This document shows, piece after piece, positions 1 to 21,825 of a stretch of 64,000 nucleotides of DNA (positions are counted from its first letter, which is position 1; each line of letters opens with the position of its first letter). The DNA is taken from assembly GCF_009914755.1 (NCBI RefSeq), contig NC_060926.1; one strand, written 5' to 3'. The position numbers and the translations under genes are program-made. The notes beneath the pieces were generated by a model, which saw nothing but the letters and a program-made list of their open reading frames with translations, was not told where the DNA came from and searched no databases. This stretch comes from the human T2T-CHM13v2.0 reference genome, Homo sapiens.

Positions 1-691
<691 letters not shown>

Positions 692-965
692 TGACCTCGT
701 GATCCACCTGCCTCAGCCTCTCAAAGTGCTGGGATTACAGGCATGAGCCACTGCTCCAAAACCCCAGCAGATCTTTAGATTGATTTATTTCCTGTGGTTT
801 CCAGAATAAAATCTACTTTCTAAACTTTCTCCTCAATCCTTGGAAATGTTATGTTCTCAGTAAAGTCAGTGAGCCCTCATGGCAATGCTGAGTGGCAAAG
901 GCTGCCTCTGGGTATGGAGAGATTCAGACTGATGCCTATCCAGCGGCCCACGCCACGGGCCGTTC

Positions 966-991
966 TGTGTGTACGTGTGTGTGTGTGTGTG
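966..991. repeat. Interrupted (TG)n microsatellite in BOLA3 intron 2
   Basis: tgtgtgtacgtgtgtgtgtgtgtgtg read directly. Confidence 0.9.
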
Positions 992-1644
992 GATAAAGGG
1001 CCTATCTTCCCCATCCTGTGGATGCAGAAGTTGCTTCTCCAGCCTGCTCCTAACACACTGCCAGCCTGAACTTCTAGGTGCCAGTGGCCACCTGAGAAGG
1101 ACAGCGCTTGGCTGGGGCTGGTAACTGGGCTTAGGACAGAGTCTCCCCTGAGTCCCGGTTCTGGTTCCAGTTCCACTGTCTCTTCCCTATGAGGAGCTAG
1201 GCAATTCCTTTGGCCTCTCTGGGCTCATTTCCTCTTAGGGAAAGTAAAGCAGCTGAAGAAAATCTTTCTGGGGTCCACTCCAGCTCTGATATCCTAGGGT
1301 GTCAGAAGAATGGGGGAAAATTAGAGCAAAACCTATTCAAAGTCAAATGACAGACTGTGGACCTCAGCTCTAGGGTGACTGAGAGGGACCTTGTCTGAGC
1401 TGAGCCAGGCTGGCAACCTTGAGTCCTCCCAGCTGCGCCTTGTCCTCAGTTTCCCTCTGATATTTCTGAATCCTGACTGCCATCCCATGAGGTGGGGGCA
1501 GCCGAGCTCCACCTGTCCAGCAGCAACACATCTTGAGAAGCCACTCACCAGCAGCAAGCCCCCTCCTCCAAGCCCCTGACCCTCTGTCCTTCCAAAGGGC
1601 AAAATCTTATCCAAGCGCCGTAGGAAGAGTGAGAGAAACCTTAC

Positions 1645-1759
1645 CTGAAATGTCAGTGACTTTTATAGCTGTAGCTCGTGGAAACTTTTCTTTGAGAATT
1701 TGGGTCACTCTGAGCTCCCCCTCAGTCTGAGTGGCAAACATCCGATGGTGAAGTGGAAG
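1645..1759 (-). CDS. BOLA3: BOLA3 coding exon 2 (115 nt; LPLHHRMFATQTEGELRVTQILKEKFPRATAIKVTDIS+G); later exons lie left of the window
   Basis: Translation matches the BOLA3 protein as I recall it; acceptor cag| at 1762-1760 and donor |gtaag at 1644-1640; in phase with exon 1. Confidence 0.97.
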
Positions 1760-2365
1760 CTGCCACAGAACAGAGAGGAAGGTCAGGGCAGAGGAAGATG
1801 CTGTTGCCCCTGAGCTGGGCCACTGTGCAGGCCCGCCTGCCATTCCCCCTGCAAGGCAGGCCCCTGAGCCCTCGCCAGCACAGCCATGGGTTATGTCAGA
1901 GGGGCTCTGTGGTATCAGGAGTCCATGTAAGTGCCCCAAAACACAGAATAAACTTTTATTGGCGGGGACAGGATGATTGTTAATAACTCAATTTGACTCC
2001 AGAGACAAGAGGCCCCAAACCTAATTCAAGAGATGTTTGCTTCCATATAATGTTGTGACACTATTATGCCGATAGTTTTATAGGTAAGGAAACTGAGGCA
2101 CACAGTAATGTGCCCAAGGTTGAATTCGGTAAGATACAGAGCCAGAAAAGCTGGATAGCCTGCCTCAGATCCATACCACTAGGCCATCCACTGCCCTGGA
2201 TGGTGGGGCCAAATTCCACACTCCCTCGCCTTTAGGCCTGATTAACATGTCTCGCCCTCCCCAGTGGGATGTGACCTCACAGCCCACTGCTCAATTAGCC
2301 AGCTATCCTTCATCATGCACTCCTTCTCACTGGGAGCAAAGTCAGAATTCTATGAAAGAACCTGA

Positions 2366-2685
<320 letters not shown>

Positions 2686-4276
2686 TGATCCACCCACCTC
2701 AACCTCCCAAAATTCTAGGATTACAGGCATGAGCCACCACGCCCGGCCAGGGGAGCCCATGTTTCTGATGGAACACGTCTCAACAGTTAGTAGTGAAGGA
2801 GCAGAAAAGCAGGTCGGCAGTCACTTGGCTGGGCTGAGTGCATGCTGAAAAGGCAGACTGGGAATGGAGTGTGGCAGGCCTTGAATGCCAGGCTAAAGAT
2901 TGTGGACTGTATGGGACAGGAGATGGGACTCCAGGTGATAGAACCCAGGCTCATGGGACCAAAGTAACCTGCAGGAAACAGTGCCTTCTGGAGCGAGTCA
3001 GGAGAGATGCCCAAGTAAGAGGCATTACAATGATGGAAGCACCGGGCACTGGTCCCTGACTAGACGTGGATGACAGGTTGGAGGACACTAGGGCCGTTCA
3101 TGGGTGCTGGTGCTGAAGGTCCCACCCCTCTACCCCTCAGTCCTTCCTGATAGCTCAGAGCAGGGTCCTGTGTCACAGAATCTCAGAGCACCTCCTTTAA
3201 AATGAGCTGTGCACTGGCTCTCTCACCACTGGTCTTATAGGCCAGGAATGAGTCCGGCAGCATCCCAGAGCTGACCCCAGGGCAGGCCCTCAGAGGCACT
3301 TGGTGCTGGATGAATGAATGAGCAGGGGAAGAACTAGTCAATTAGGGACAGAAATGCAAGACAGGAGAAAGGTCCAGAGTGTGATTGTCTGCCTGCTGTG
3401 TGGAGGGACAGAAACTCGATGTTGAGAGGCTGGACAGGATTGCCAGGAGTGAGGGTGGGGTGGAGCTGCTTCTGGGGGCAGAATCTTGAGGGTAAAGGCA
3501 GAGAGTAACCAGATGGCAGACAGAATCGGCAGCTACTAAGGGGTGAGAGAGGTGAGCGTTGCAGAATCCTTGGGAGAAGCCTTTCATCTTAGCGGATCTG
3601 TGGGCAGCGGCCTTTAGTGGAACAATCAACTGACATCCCCAGATGATCACTGTCCACGCTGAAAGTCACCGCAGTGGAAGAACTTCTCTTCATGCACAGG
3701 GCAGGCAGGTTCAGAACCAGGGGAGAAGGAAAATGAAAGTTAAGAGAAAGAATGGTATGAGCTGAAGCAAAGGATGGTTCAGAAAGGGGGAGAGATTAGG
3801 AGAGCGCGTGGGAAGTGCCCCCTGCTTGGGTTCTGCTCCGGTAGTGTGGGATTTGGAGGAGGATCAAGGTCAGAGGCCCAGTCGACCTTCCCAAGGCCCC
3901 GGCCCCGCTGCAGTCCCTCGCACCCACGCCTTGACTCTGGGCTATGACTCCTGTCTTCTGCTCGGTAAACCAATCCTTTTTTTTTCCTGTGCCCGCAGTA
4001 TTATGACTGTTCATGTGTCTGTCCGCCTGACCTCCAACCTCCACCCAGCTCGGGAGCTCCCCTAGAGCGCGCCAGAGCTTGAAATTTCGAATGCCGTTGT
4101 CGCTGAGTGAATGAATGAATGAAAGAATGAATGAGAGAAAGGAAGAGGAGCCCCCCATTGCCAGTGCCGCGCGCGCCCTCCGGGAGCCAGTCCTCAAGCC
4201 CCGACAGCCGCCGGCCCCGCGGTCCCTCCGCAGCTCCCGTCCCGGGGAGAGCAGCCCCGACCCTGCCCACGCTCAC

Positions 4277-4330
4277 CCCGCGGATCCCGCGGAGGAGAGG
4301 CGCTGCCGCGGCCGGGCTCCATGCAGCCAT
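4277..4330 (-). CDS. BOLA3: BOLA3 coding exon 1 (MAAWSPAAAAPLLRGIRG, mitochondrial presequence-like); mitochondrial Fe-S cluster maturation factor
   Basis: ATG at 4330-4328 in strong context (ggcATGg), 18 codons, donor |gtgagc at 4276-4271, inside a CpG island. Confidence 0.97.
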
Positions 4331-4449
4331 GCCCGGCCGACGTGACCCGCCGCCCGAGGTCACTGTATGCCCGAAAGACGCGGAGCGGGGGACCGAGAGC
4401 CGCCGCCGTGGGAGAGGCCGCCCCCTGCCGCCCGGAGGCCGTCAGCCTC

Positions 4450-8350
<3,901 letters not shown>

Positions 8351-9042
8351 TGTCAAAAGAAATCCAAAACTGATTGCTAGTAACTAGGCCAGGTGTGGTG
8401 GCTCACACCTGTAATCCCAGCACTTTGGGGCCGGGGCAGGCAGATTGCTTGAGCTCAGGAGTTCGAGACCAGCCTGGGCAACATGGCAAAACTCCATATT
8501 TACAAAAAATACAAAAAATTAGCCGGACATGATGGTGTGTGCCTGTTGTCCCCGCTACTAGAAGGCTCAGAAAGAAGGATCACTTGAGCCTGGGAGGCGG
8601 AGGTTGCAGTGAGCCAAGACTGTGCCACTGCACTCCAACCTGGGCAACAGAGACCCCAGCTCAAAAAAATAAAATTAGTGTTAACTTGTACTGTTTAGCC
8701 ACATTCATTAAGTTTTTAATTTTAACTCTACTATCGCACAACCAGGAATGTACAAGAGATCTGGAGCCTGATTTGCATGGCAGGAAGGAGACCACGTATT
8801 TTTGTTTGGGATGGGTTTTAGCCACTATCAGAGACATAGTTTGTTTCTTAGGGGTTCGGTCCCAGTAGTATGATACTTAGTTCATTTAGGAACTTCCTTT
8901 TTTAACGGCTAAGAAAACATTTTAGCTACTAAATGATATGCAAAGATAACTTTCCAAATTTAAGCTGTACTCAAAAATCCACAGAATCTGCAAAACTCTC
9001 AAGTTTCTATATTTAAATAGAAATGTGTGTTGATATACATAC

Positions 9043-9079
9043 TTTAATCAGTCATTTCTTGCTTTCAATATATTTTATT
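9043..9079 (-). terminator. Candidate distal polyadenylation signals of MOB1A (AATAAA 9079-9074; ATTAAA 9048-9043)
   Basis: tttatt and tttaat on the + strand at the edge of the repeat-poor block. Other minus-strand AATAAA at 10015, 11978, 12205 and 12568 are candidate proximal sites. Confidence 0.55.
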
Positions 9080-10340
9080 CTGACGAAGTTACAAAAGTAG
9101 ATACAAAATACTTTTTTTAGAAGTACAGTTAACTGACTTAGAAAAATAGATAAAGCCCCTAAGGATTTTAAAACACAACATAAATTTTTATGTAAAGAAC
9201 ATTTAAAAATATTTTAGATGGTAACCAAAACTAACTTACACAAACTATTTTTGATGTAGAATAGAATGCTGTTCTATAATAAGAAGTCTGTAGCACACTG
9301 GTAATCCATTTGGATCTACAGAATACTTGTTTGGAACAGAATCTGATAATGAGAGAAAACTCAAATGAATGTCAGTGCAGTTGCTTCAAAAAAATTACTG
9401 CTACCACATGTACTATCATCCCCCAAGGCCTTTTACAGTCTGAAATATCAAAATTGAAAGCAAAAATAGGATGACCAAAGGACTACTATTTTACCTCTTT
9501 TCAGAACTCTACAATAGTAGAAACTAAATTCCCTTATGGATCTCAGGGGGAAATAATGTGCCTGTTGAAGGGGCTCAGTGTTTGGTGTCCAGGCTGGCAT
9601 TTTTCAGGTGAGGGTTTCATACTGACAGGAGGCAGGCTCCTAAAACAAGGCGGTAGCACCAGCACCATGACTAGGGCTGCTTTAAAACAAATTTCTAGGA
9701 CTTACGCTCTTTGGGCCTGATTTGTTAATGCTTATGAGGTAATGATATTATGTTTGAGAAGCTCTACTTCTAGTATACCTCAATGCTCAGAGAGAAAGCC
9801 AACAATACAATCAGGAAACCACAATATTGACAAAACTTAGTACTACCACCAAGATTGTTCCTCTTGCCTTGGCACTACTAAAAAACTTTACCTTTGTTAC
9901 TAAAGTCATGGTGAATACAGATTTTGCATTTCTCATGTAAGCAGCTATATAAGCTAGGGTTCTACAAGCCTTAGATGAAAGGAAAAACTTTGCTGGAAGC
10001 CCTGTAAAAATCACTTTATTCACAATCTGAAGAATGAAAGACAAATTTGGCTGTCAATACAAAAACTGTAGTACAAGGAAGTTCAACTGTTTAAAAATCT
10101 GCACATCACTGTACAAGTGTTTTTTGAAGGCCTGAAAATTAAAGCACCATAGGATTAACTGCATAATTTAGCAAGCACTCTCTACCCCATGACTGTAATC
10201 ATGTATGAAGAGCAGAGATCAGACACTGAGAGGAGATGGCTTCTGATTAGCAAGGGGGAAGGGAGTGAGTGTTATGGAACAGGCAAACCTTGGGCATGGG
10301 GAGATAAAAGTGAGAAGAGTCAGAAAGATTGATTTCTATA

Positions 10341-10673
10341 GGCCGGGCACGGTGGCTCATGCCTGTAATCCCAACACTTTGGGAGGCTGAGGCGGGCGGA
10401 TTGCGAGGTAAGGAGATGGAGACCATCCTGGCTAACACGGTGAAACCCCATCTCTACTAAAAATACAAAAAATTAGCCAGGCATGACTAAAAATAGAAAA
10501 AATTAGCTGGGCGTGGTGGCGGGCACCTGTAGTTCCAGCTACTCAGGAGAGGCTGGGGCAGGAGAATGGCATGAACCTGGGAGGCAGAGCTTGCAGTGAG
10601 CCGAGATCCCACCACTGTACTCCAGCCTGGGTGACAGAGTGAGACTCTGTCTCAAAAAAAAAAAAAAAAAAAA
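10341..10673 (+). mobile_element. AluY-type element inside the MOB1A 3' UTR (antisense to the mRNA)
   Basis: Alu consensus with Y-type positions (accatcctggctaacacg, agaatggc, gagcttgca); TSD aaagattgatttc at 10324-10336 and 10671-10683. Confidence 0.92.
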
Positions 10674-13034
10674 GATTGATTTCGTCAAACTGTTATCAAA
10701 GGTTGGCCCTCTAGCCAACTCAGGAAGGCGCCATCCTCTTCCCATTATCTCCCCTTCCTCCAATTCTCCTCCTCCCCTTGGCTCCCTAGCCTTGGAGGTA
10801 AACACTAATATTTCAGTGCACTGTTGGTTAAGCCAGATTGGCTTGGGAACCTGGTAATGTTTTTATTTTTATTTTAAAAAAGGACAGTCTTGAGTCTCAA
10901 AATACCAACACATCTCTGATTTATGTCCCATTTATAAGCTGCCTTTACTACTGTCCTGACATGTGATCGTCTTTCATTTGCTTTGGAGCTTAGTGGTGAA
11001 GAGAGGGAACATTTCCATAACTGAAAATAAATGGAGAAAAGTGGTAACTCTTTTGTTTGTTTGAGAATATTTGAAATACTAGAAATAATGAGGAAAGTAC
11101 AAGCCTAGCTGAGAAACTAGTTTCATCACTTGTGGACTTAAAAAAGTAAAGCTAACAGGGTTTAAAGTTGAGAGGCAGTTCACATCCTAAGTGATACCTA
11201 GAAACCTGCTTTCTTGTTCGCAAATGATCAACATGAACATACAGAATGGCTGACATTTGGACCTTTGGATAAGCTTAAAACATGGATTGTGGAATGTCTA
11301 ATAGAGGGCTTTTCTCTCTTTTTTTTAATAATGACTGTCCCACACTTTAATTCCTCAATGATATGTGGATGCTAACTAAATCAGATGAAATGTTTTCTTT
11401 AAAATTCTGTATATATTTAAGAATTTCTAGGAAATGATTATTTAAAATGGAGTTTCTAAGTAATTATTTTCTTTATAGTTTAGTGGAGTAAGAAAAATAA
11501 ATCTAAAAAAAAACATCAAATCTAACCTTTATCAAAGCCATCGAGGAGGTTGGTAAAATACTTTGCAAAAATCACAGCTCTGAACCACATAGAATGCTGA
11601 TGAACTTAAAGCTTTGCCAGTTTGGCAAGTCTTCCAGTATAATACTTGTTGTGCCTCAGTACATTTTAAATAGACAGCTAGAGTTTACTAAATCCTAGGA
11701 ATCAAATAAAAAATAAATGTTTTCTTCACTGAAGGGGAAGGCTTTTATATCCCAATAGAAATAGAGGAATTTCAAGTTTTGATACAAAAACAATTAAAAC
11801 AAGATAAAACCCAAGTGGAAGCTCAGTCCATCTTTTGAATATTAACAAAATGAGGATTTTTTTAAAACTTATTTCTCCCATTTTGTTTCCTTTAAACACA
11901 TACACTCACTCACTCTCTCAAGAATAGGTAGCACACCAAAACTTTATCTGTGTTATAAGATGTGTACACCTTCATGGTTTATTGTGGTTTTCCTTAAGTT
12001 TTATCCTTATTAGGATGAAGTTCATGCATTTCTACACTACTCTTAACTAAGGCTCAAGAGACAATAAAAACATAGAAGTAATTTTTTAATAAAAGGAAAT
12101 AAAATAATCAAGTACTCTGAGTATTTTCCTCCATTCTCTTATCCAGAATTTTAAGGCCTCTGAAAAATAATGAAATAATAAAAATAGTGGTTTTGAGATC
12201 TAAATTTATTAATATTTTGGATTCCTTTTCTCAGCCAAAAGCTACTATCTGAATTAAGCTTTTCAGTTTAAAAGCCTGGAAGACCATCCTTAGAAGACAT
12301 TAAAAAATTACTTCTGATACACACACTCCTAATAATTTAGATAGATATGAAAACAATCTCAAATAAAGATCAAAAAATAAAGTCCCTGTAAAAATAACTT
12401 TGGTTGCTCCCACCCACACGTCATATGATGATTTAAACTGCAATCATGAATTTTGAAAAAATAGACGTATCTTATCTATAAAAACACTACCATACAAACT
12501 TGAAACTAAAATGTTATCTGAAGTGACACAGATGTTCTAAATCTCAAGGATACTGAAAAATACATTTTTTATTCGTAAAATAAAAGAATAAAACCAATCT
12601 GATTGTGTTATTAGGAAATTTGTTCTGGAAACTTATTCATAAATTATTGATGGAAATTCTTAATGTCCATTGTGCTGTCACCTAAAACAGATTCAATCAT
12701 TTTCTTGTAAAGAAATGACTGAGTAAATGAGTAAAAGAATAATAAGTAAATTTATAAGCTACAGGTTAACCATCACATATTACAACCAAGTATGACTATG
12801 TGATAACAACAAGAGTGGTCACACAGTACTTAAGATTTGGCTGTGTCCTTAAGGTCTTACTCGGAAACTATCACACCAACCTACCTTTGGGATAATTTTA
12901 TCAGTAGACACAGGCAATGGGTATCTTTTTATCCTGTTTTCTTAAAGTTTGTATCACTAGTCTATAACAAATAGCAATGAGATAGTTCTAGCAATAGATG
13001 AAGCAAGGGGGTAACTGTGTTCTAGAAGAAACAT

Positions 13035-13112
13035 TTATCTGTCTTTTGATCCAAGTTTCTCTATTAATTCTTGAAGAGGTGCCAGCTCACGCCTATCAAT
13101 CAGATTAAACTC
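13035..13112 (-). CDS. MOB1A: MOB1A coding exon 6 (EFNLIDRRELAPLQELIEKLGSKDR*)
   Basis: Acceptor ttttag|, 78 nt ending in TAA at 13037-13035; brings CDS total to 651 nt. Confidence 0.98.
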   Translation of the reverse strand, partial: EFNLIDRRELAPLQELIEKLGSKDR

Positions 13113-13429
13113 CTAAAAAGAGAAGAAAAATAACAATTAAAAATGGATCTAAAACTGAAACTCTGTAAATGTCTTTTGGAGAAGGGATTCCCAACTCTAG
13201 TTTTCTGAAGTCCAAAAGAATGATGAAATAACCTCTGTGAACATTTTAAAACAGGCATTTATTCTTTTTCTTTTTTTTTTCTTTTTTGTACAGATGTGGT
13301 CTATGTTGCCAAGGCTGGTACTGAACTTTGGCCTCAAGTGATCTGCCCACCTTGGCATCCCAAATCCCAAAGTGCTAGGATTACAGGGGTAAGCCACCAC
13401 GTCCAGCCCTCTCTTTTTAAAAATATAGG

Positions 13430-14687
<1,258 letters not shown>

Positions 14688-15039
14688 CTACCTGAAAACT
14701 ACAAACTGAATTTTTGATAAAGGGCCAGTAGACCTTTTATGCAACAATCTGAGAAGGAAGATCAGGAAGAGCATGGTACAGTACACAAAACTATAATACA
14801 CAGTATCTACTATAAAGCTACCAGGTTTTTTCATCATAAAATATCTAGACAGACATGTATATGTAATTCAATATGCAAAATATAAGTATCTCTAAAGTTA
14901 GGCTAAAGGCATACCAATTCTTTGATATCTTTTTCAAACAATGTGAATTATTTTGATTTTTTAAAGTTCCAATTCTGGCCGGGTGCTGTGGCTCAGGCCT
15001 GTAATTCCAGCACTTTGGGAGGCCGAGGTGGGTGGATCA

Positions 15040-15465
<426 letters not shown>

Positions 15466-15561
15466 CTACATCTATAACTAAGACACACAGCTCTTTGTTG
15501 AAGTTCCCAATCCAAATAAGTCCAAGTCACAGGACACAGAAATCAACATGGATCAACTTAC

Positions 15562-15725
15562 CTGAACAAAGAAAATAAAGTGCTTAAAGGAGGTGTTGAG
15601 GTGGGCCTCCTCTTGCAGCTGCATCACAGAATCAAAGTGCTGGTGATAAATATGGGCATAAACCCTGAACAGACGCTTTAGAATAGTCTTTGCCACAGAC
15701 ATAAAGTTTTTGGGAAATGGGACAC
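15562..15725 (-). CDS. MOB1A: MOB1A coding exon 5 (164 nt; [32 protein letters not shown]...FIFFVQ)
   Basis: Mob1-domain motif [14 protein letters not shown]; tgcag| acceptor and |gtaagt donor. Confidence 0.98.
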
Positions 15726-16274
15726 CTGCAATTAAATACACATATGAAACAATTATTTGGTTATCTAACAGTAGAAAGTTGTTTATTTGTGACAGGGTCT
15801 CACTTTGTCACTCAGGCAGTGGTGCAATCTCAGCTCACTGCAGCCTCGACCTCCTGGGCTCAACTGATCCTCCCACCTTGGCCCCCCAAATAACCTGCAC
15901 TACACGCCACCACGCCCAGCTAATTTTTTGTATTTTTTGTAGAGATGGGGTTTTGCCATGTTGCCCAGGCTGGTCTTGAACTCCTGAGCTCAAGCAATCT
16001 GCCCGCCTCAACCTCTTAAAGTGCTAGGATTACAGGCATGCCCAGCCTAACAGCAGAAAGTTTACACACTGCCATGAGCACCTGCAACATATAAACACAC
16101 ACATTCATAAATACACACAAACCTACCTCTGTATATATTTTTTAAAGCCAAGGAAATGAAAACCCAAACCCCAATCCTCACAAAGTACCACACTTTTTTC
16201 TGACTGCCTTAGGCACAGGTATCAAATTATGTAAGATGCTGCTAAATCAAAGTTCAAAAATCCTGTAGTTTTAG

Positions 16275-16559
<285 letters not shown>

Positions 16560-18642
16560 TAGTTCTTTAATATTAGAGAGTTTCTTTCTGAAATTAAATG
16601 CAACAAGAGTAAGTATTTTGATCATAAATATTTTTACTTTGTAATTTGTAACTCTAAAGAAATTACACTGGCTCCGTGTGGTGGCTCGTGCCTGTAATCC
16701 AGCACGTTGAGAGGCCGTAGTGGACAGATTGCCTGAGCTCATAAGCCTGAGTTCAAGATAAGCCTGAGCAACAAGGTAAAACCTCATCCCTTAGGAAAAA
16801 AAAGAAGAAATTACATACATACGCACTCTCTCAATGAGGACTGGAAACTCTCCTAAGCAAAATAAAAAGGCAGCCGGGCACAGTGGCTCACGCCTGTAAT
16901 CCCAGCACTTTGGGAGGCCGAGGGGGGCAGATCACGAGGTCAGGAGGTCAAGACCAGCCTGGCCAAAGAGACCAGCTTGGCCAACATGGTGAAACCCCAT
17001 CTCTACTAAAAATACAAAAATTAGCCAGGGGTGGTGGCAGGCAACTGTAATCCCAGCTACTCGGGAGGCTGAGGCAGAGAATTGCTTGAACCCGGGAGGT
17101 GGAGGTTGCAGTGAGCCGAGATCGCGCCACTGCACTCCAGCCTGGGTGACAGAGCGAGACTCCGTCTCAAAAAAAAAAAGAAATCTCTTTTTAGAAAACA
17201 ACGGGGGTAGAGTTTGGTATCCTTCCAAGCAGTGGAGATGGGGATCCAACTGGTTACATTCCTGAGAATTTTGGCTGACAATATCAAAGTCCATTAGAAA
17301 ACAGGGACAGACAGGTCAGGAGTTCGAGACCAGCCTGACCAACATGGTGAAACCCTGTCTCTACTAAAAATACAAAAATTAGCCAGACGTGGTGACTAAG
17401 GCCTGTAATCCTAGCTACTCAAATGGCTGAGGCAGAAGAATCGCTTGAACCCAGGAGGCGGAGGTTGCAGTGAGCCAAGATTGCCGCCACTGCACTCCAG
17501 TCTGGGCGGCAGAGTGAGACTCCATCTCAAAAAATAAAAATAAAAATAAACCTACATTAGTTGGCCTTAAAGGCCTGTTCCACAACGCTACTCTTGAAAC
17601 ACATTCTTTTTTTCAATTTTTCAGAAAACAAAGGCTTAAAACACTCTTTCCTTGCATTTTTTTCCCAGCCAGTTCTCAATAACCTGAAACTTATTTTGCT
17701 GATGTTTGTGGTTATTCTCCACCACCACCCCAGTCCTCATTAACGTGACTTTTCAGACATTATCCTGGAGCTTACAGGCATGTTTTCCTGGGCAGGATCT
17801 TGTATTCATGTATTGAAAAAGCAGATTTCTGGCCGGGTGCAGTGGCTCATGCCTGTAATCCCAGCACTTTGGGAGGCCGAGGCGGGCGGATCATGAGGTC
17901 AGGAGATCGAGACCATCCTGGCTAACACAGTGAAACCCTGTCTCTACTAAAAATACAAAAATTAGCCAGGCGTGGTGGCGGCACCTGTAGTCCCAGCTAC
18001 TCGGGAGGCTGAGACAGGAGAATGGCAGAATGGCGTGAACCCGGGAGGCGGAGCTTGCAGTGTGCTGAGATCATGCCACTGCACTCCAGCCTGGGCAACA
18101 GAGTGAGACTCCGCCTCAAAAAAAAAAAAAAGCAGTATTCTGGCCAGGTGCAGTGGCTCATGCCTGTAATCTCAAGCTCTTTGGGAGACTGAAGCAGAAA
18201 GGTTGCTTGGGCCTAGAAGTTTGAGACCAGCCTGGGCAACACAGTGAGACCTCGTGTCTACAAAAAATTGAAAATTAGCTGGGCGTGGTGGCACACGTGC
18301 CTGTGGTCTCAGCTACTCAAGTGGCTGATGTAGAAGGACCACTTGCGCCTGGGAGGTCAAGTCCACAGTGAGCTGTAACTGCACCACTGCACTCTAGCCT
18401 GGGCAACAGAGTGAGAGTCTGTCTCAAAAAAAAAAGTAGATTTCAAAATCAAACATCTTTTTTTATCAGAATGTATAAATGGGCATCTTTCTAATAAAAG
18501 GATATTAATAATGTGCATATATTAGTAAAAAATTAATGATAAACAGTTCTGTCTGAGACTAAATAACTGGCAAAAGTAAGATGCAGATAATAGCCTAATG
18601 GCAGGGGAGTGGGATTAAGAGGTGGTGGATCAGAATGAATTA

Positions 18643-18786
<144 letters not shown>

Positions 18787-18989
18787 CTAAAACTACAAAA
18801 ACTAGCCAGGTGTGGTGGTGGGCGCCTGTAGTCCCAGCTACTTGGAGGCTGAGGCACGAGAATCGCTTCAACCCAGGAAGTGGAGGTTGCAGTAGAGCCG
18901 AGACTGTGCCACTGCCCTCCAGCCTGGGTGACAGAGTGAGACCCTGTCTGCAAACAAAAAAGAGAGAAAAGAGGATAAATCAAAAGAAT

Positions 18990-21490
<2,501 letters not shown>

Positions 21491-21691
21491 TATCATTCAA
21501 AAAGAGAAACAGGCTGGATACGGTGGCTCAAACCTGTAATCCCAGCACTGTGGGAGGCCAAGGCAGGAGGATCACTTGAGGCCAGGAGTTTGAGACCAAC
21601 CTGGACAACACAGCAAACCCCCCCAACTCTATTTATATTAATAAAATAAAATTTTAAAAAAAGAAAGAATACTTCGACAATGTTAACTCAC

Positions 21692-21825
21692 CAATCTTAG
21701 AAGGAAAAAGAGTTTCATCATCAAGCTGATCTTGAACCCAAGTCATCAAATAGTCAATGTATTTTGGTGCAGAACATTTGATTGGCTTTTTAATATTAGT
21801 ACCATCTGCCCAGTGATATTCATAT
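21692..21825 (-). CDS. MOB1A: MOB1A coding exon 4 (134 nt; YEYHWADGTNIKKPIKCSAPKYIDYLMTWVQDQLDDETLFPSKI)
   Basis: Manual translation; ttcag| acceptor, |gtgagt donor; phases 2 and 1 fit neighbours. Confidence 0.98.

Larger units (their letters stand above)
9020..13034 (-). other. MOB1A: MOB1A long 3' UTR (about 4 kb to the distal polyA signals), containing one AluY
   Basis: AT-rich, nearly repeat-free block directly after the stop codon in an otherwise Alu-saturated locus; minus-strand AATAAA/ATTAAA at its distal end. Exact end is inferred. Confidence 0.75.

Noticed and set aside
4194-4322. Out-of-frame ATG 8 nt after the BOLA3 start (MEPGRGSASPP...)
   Set aside because: The main ATG has a strong Kozak context and the second has T at -3, so leaky initiation is unlikely.
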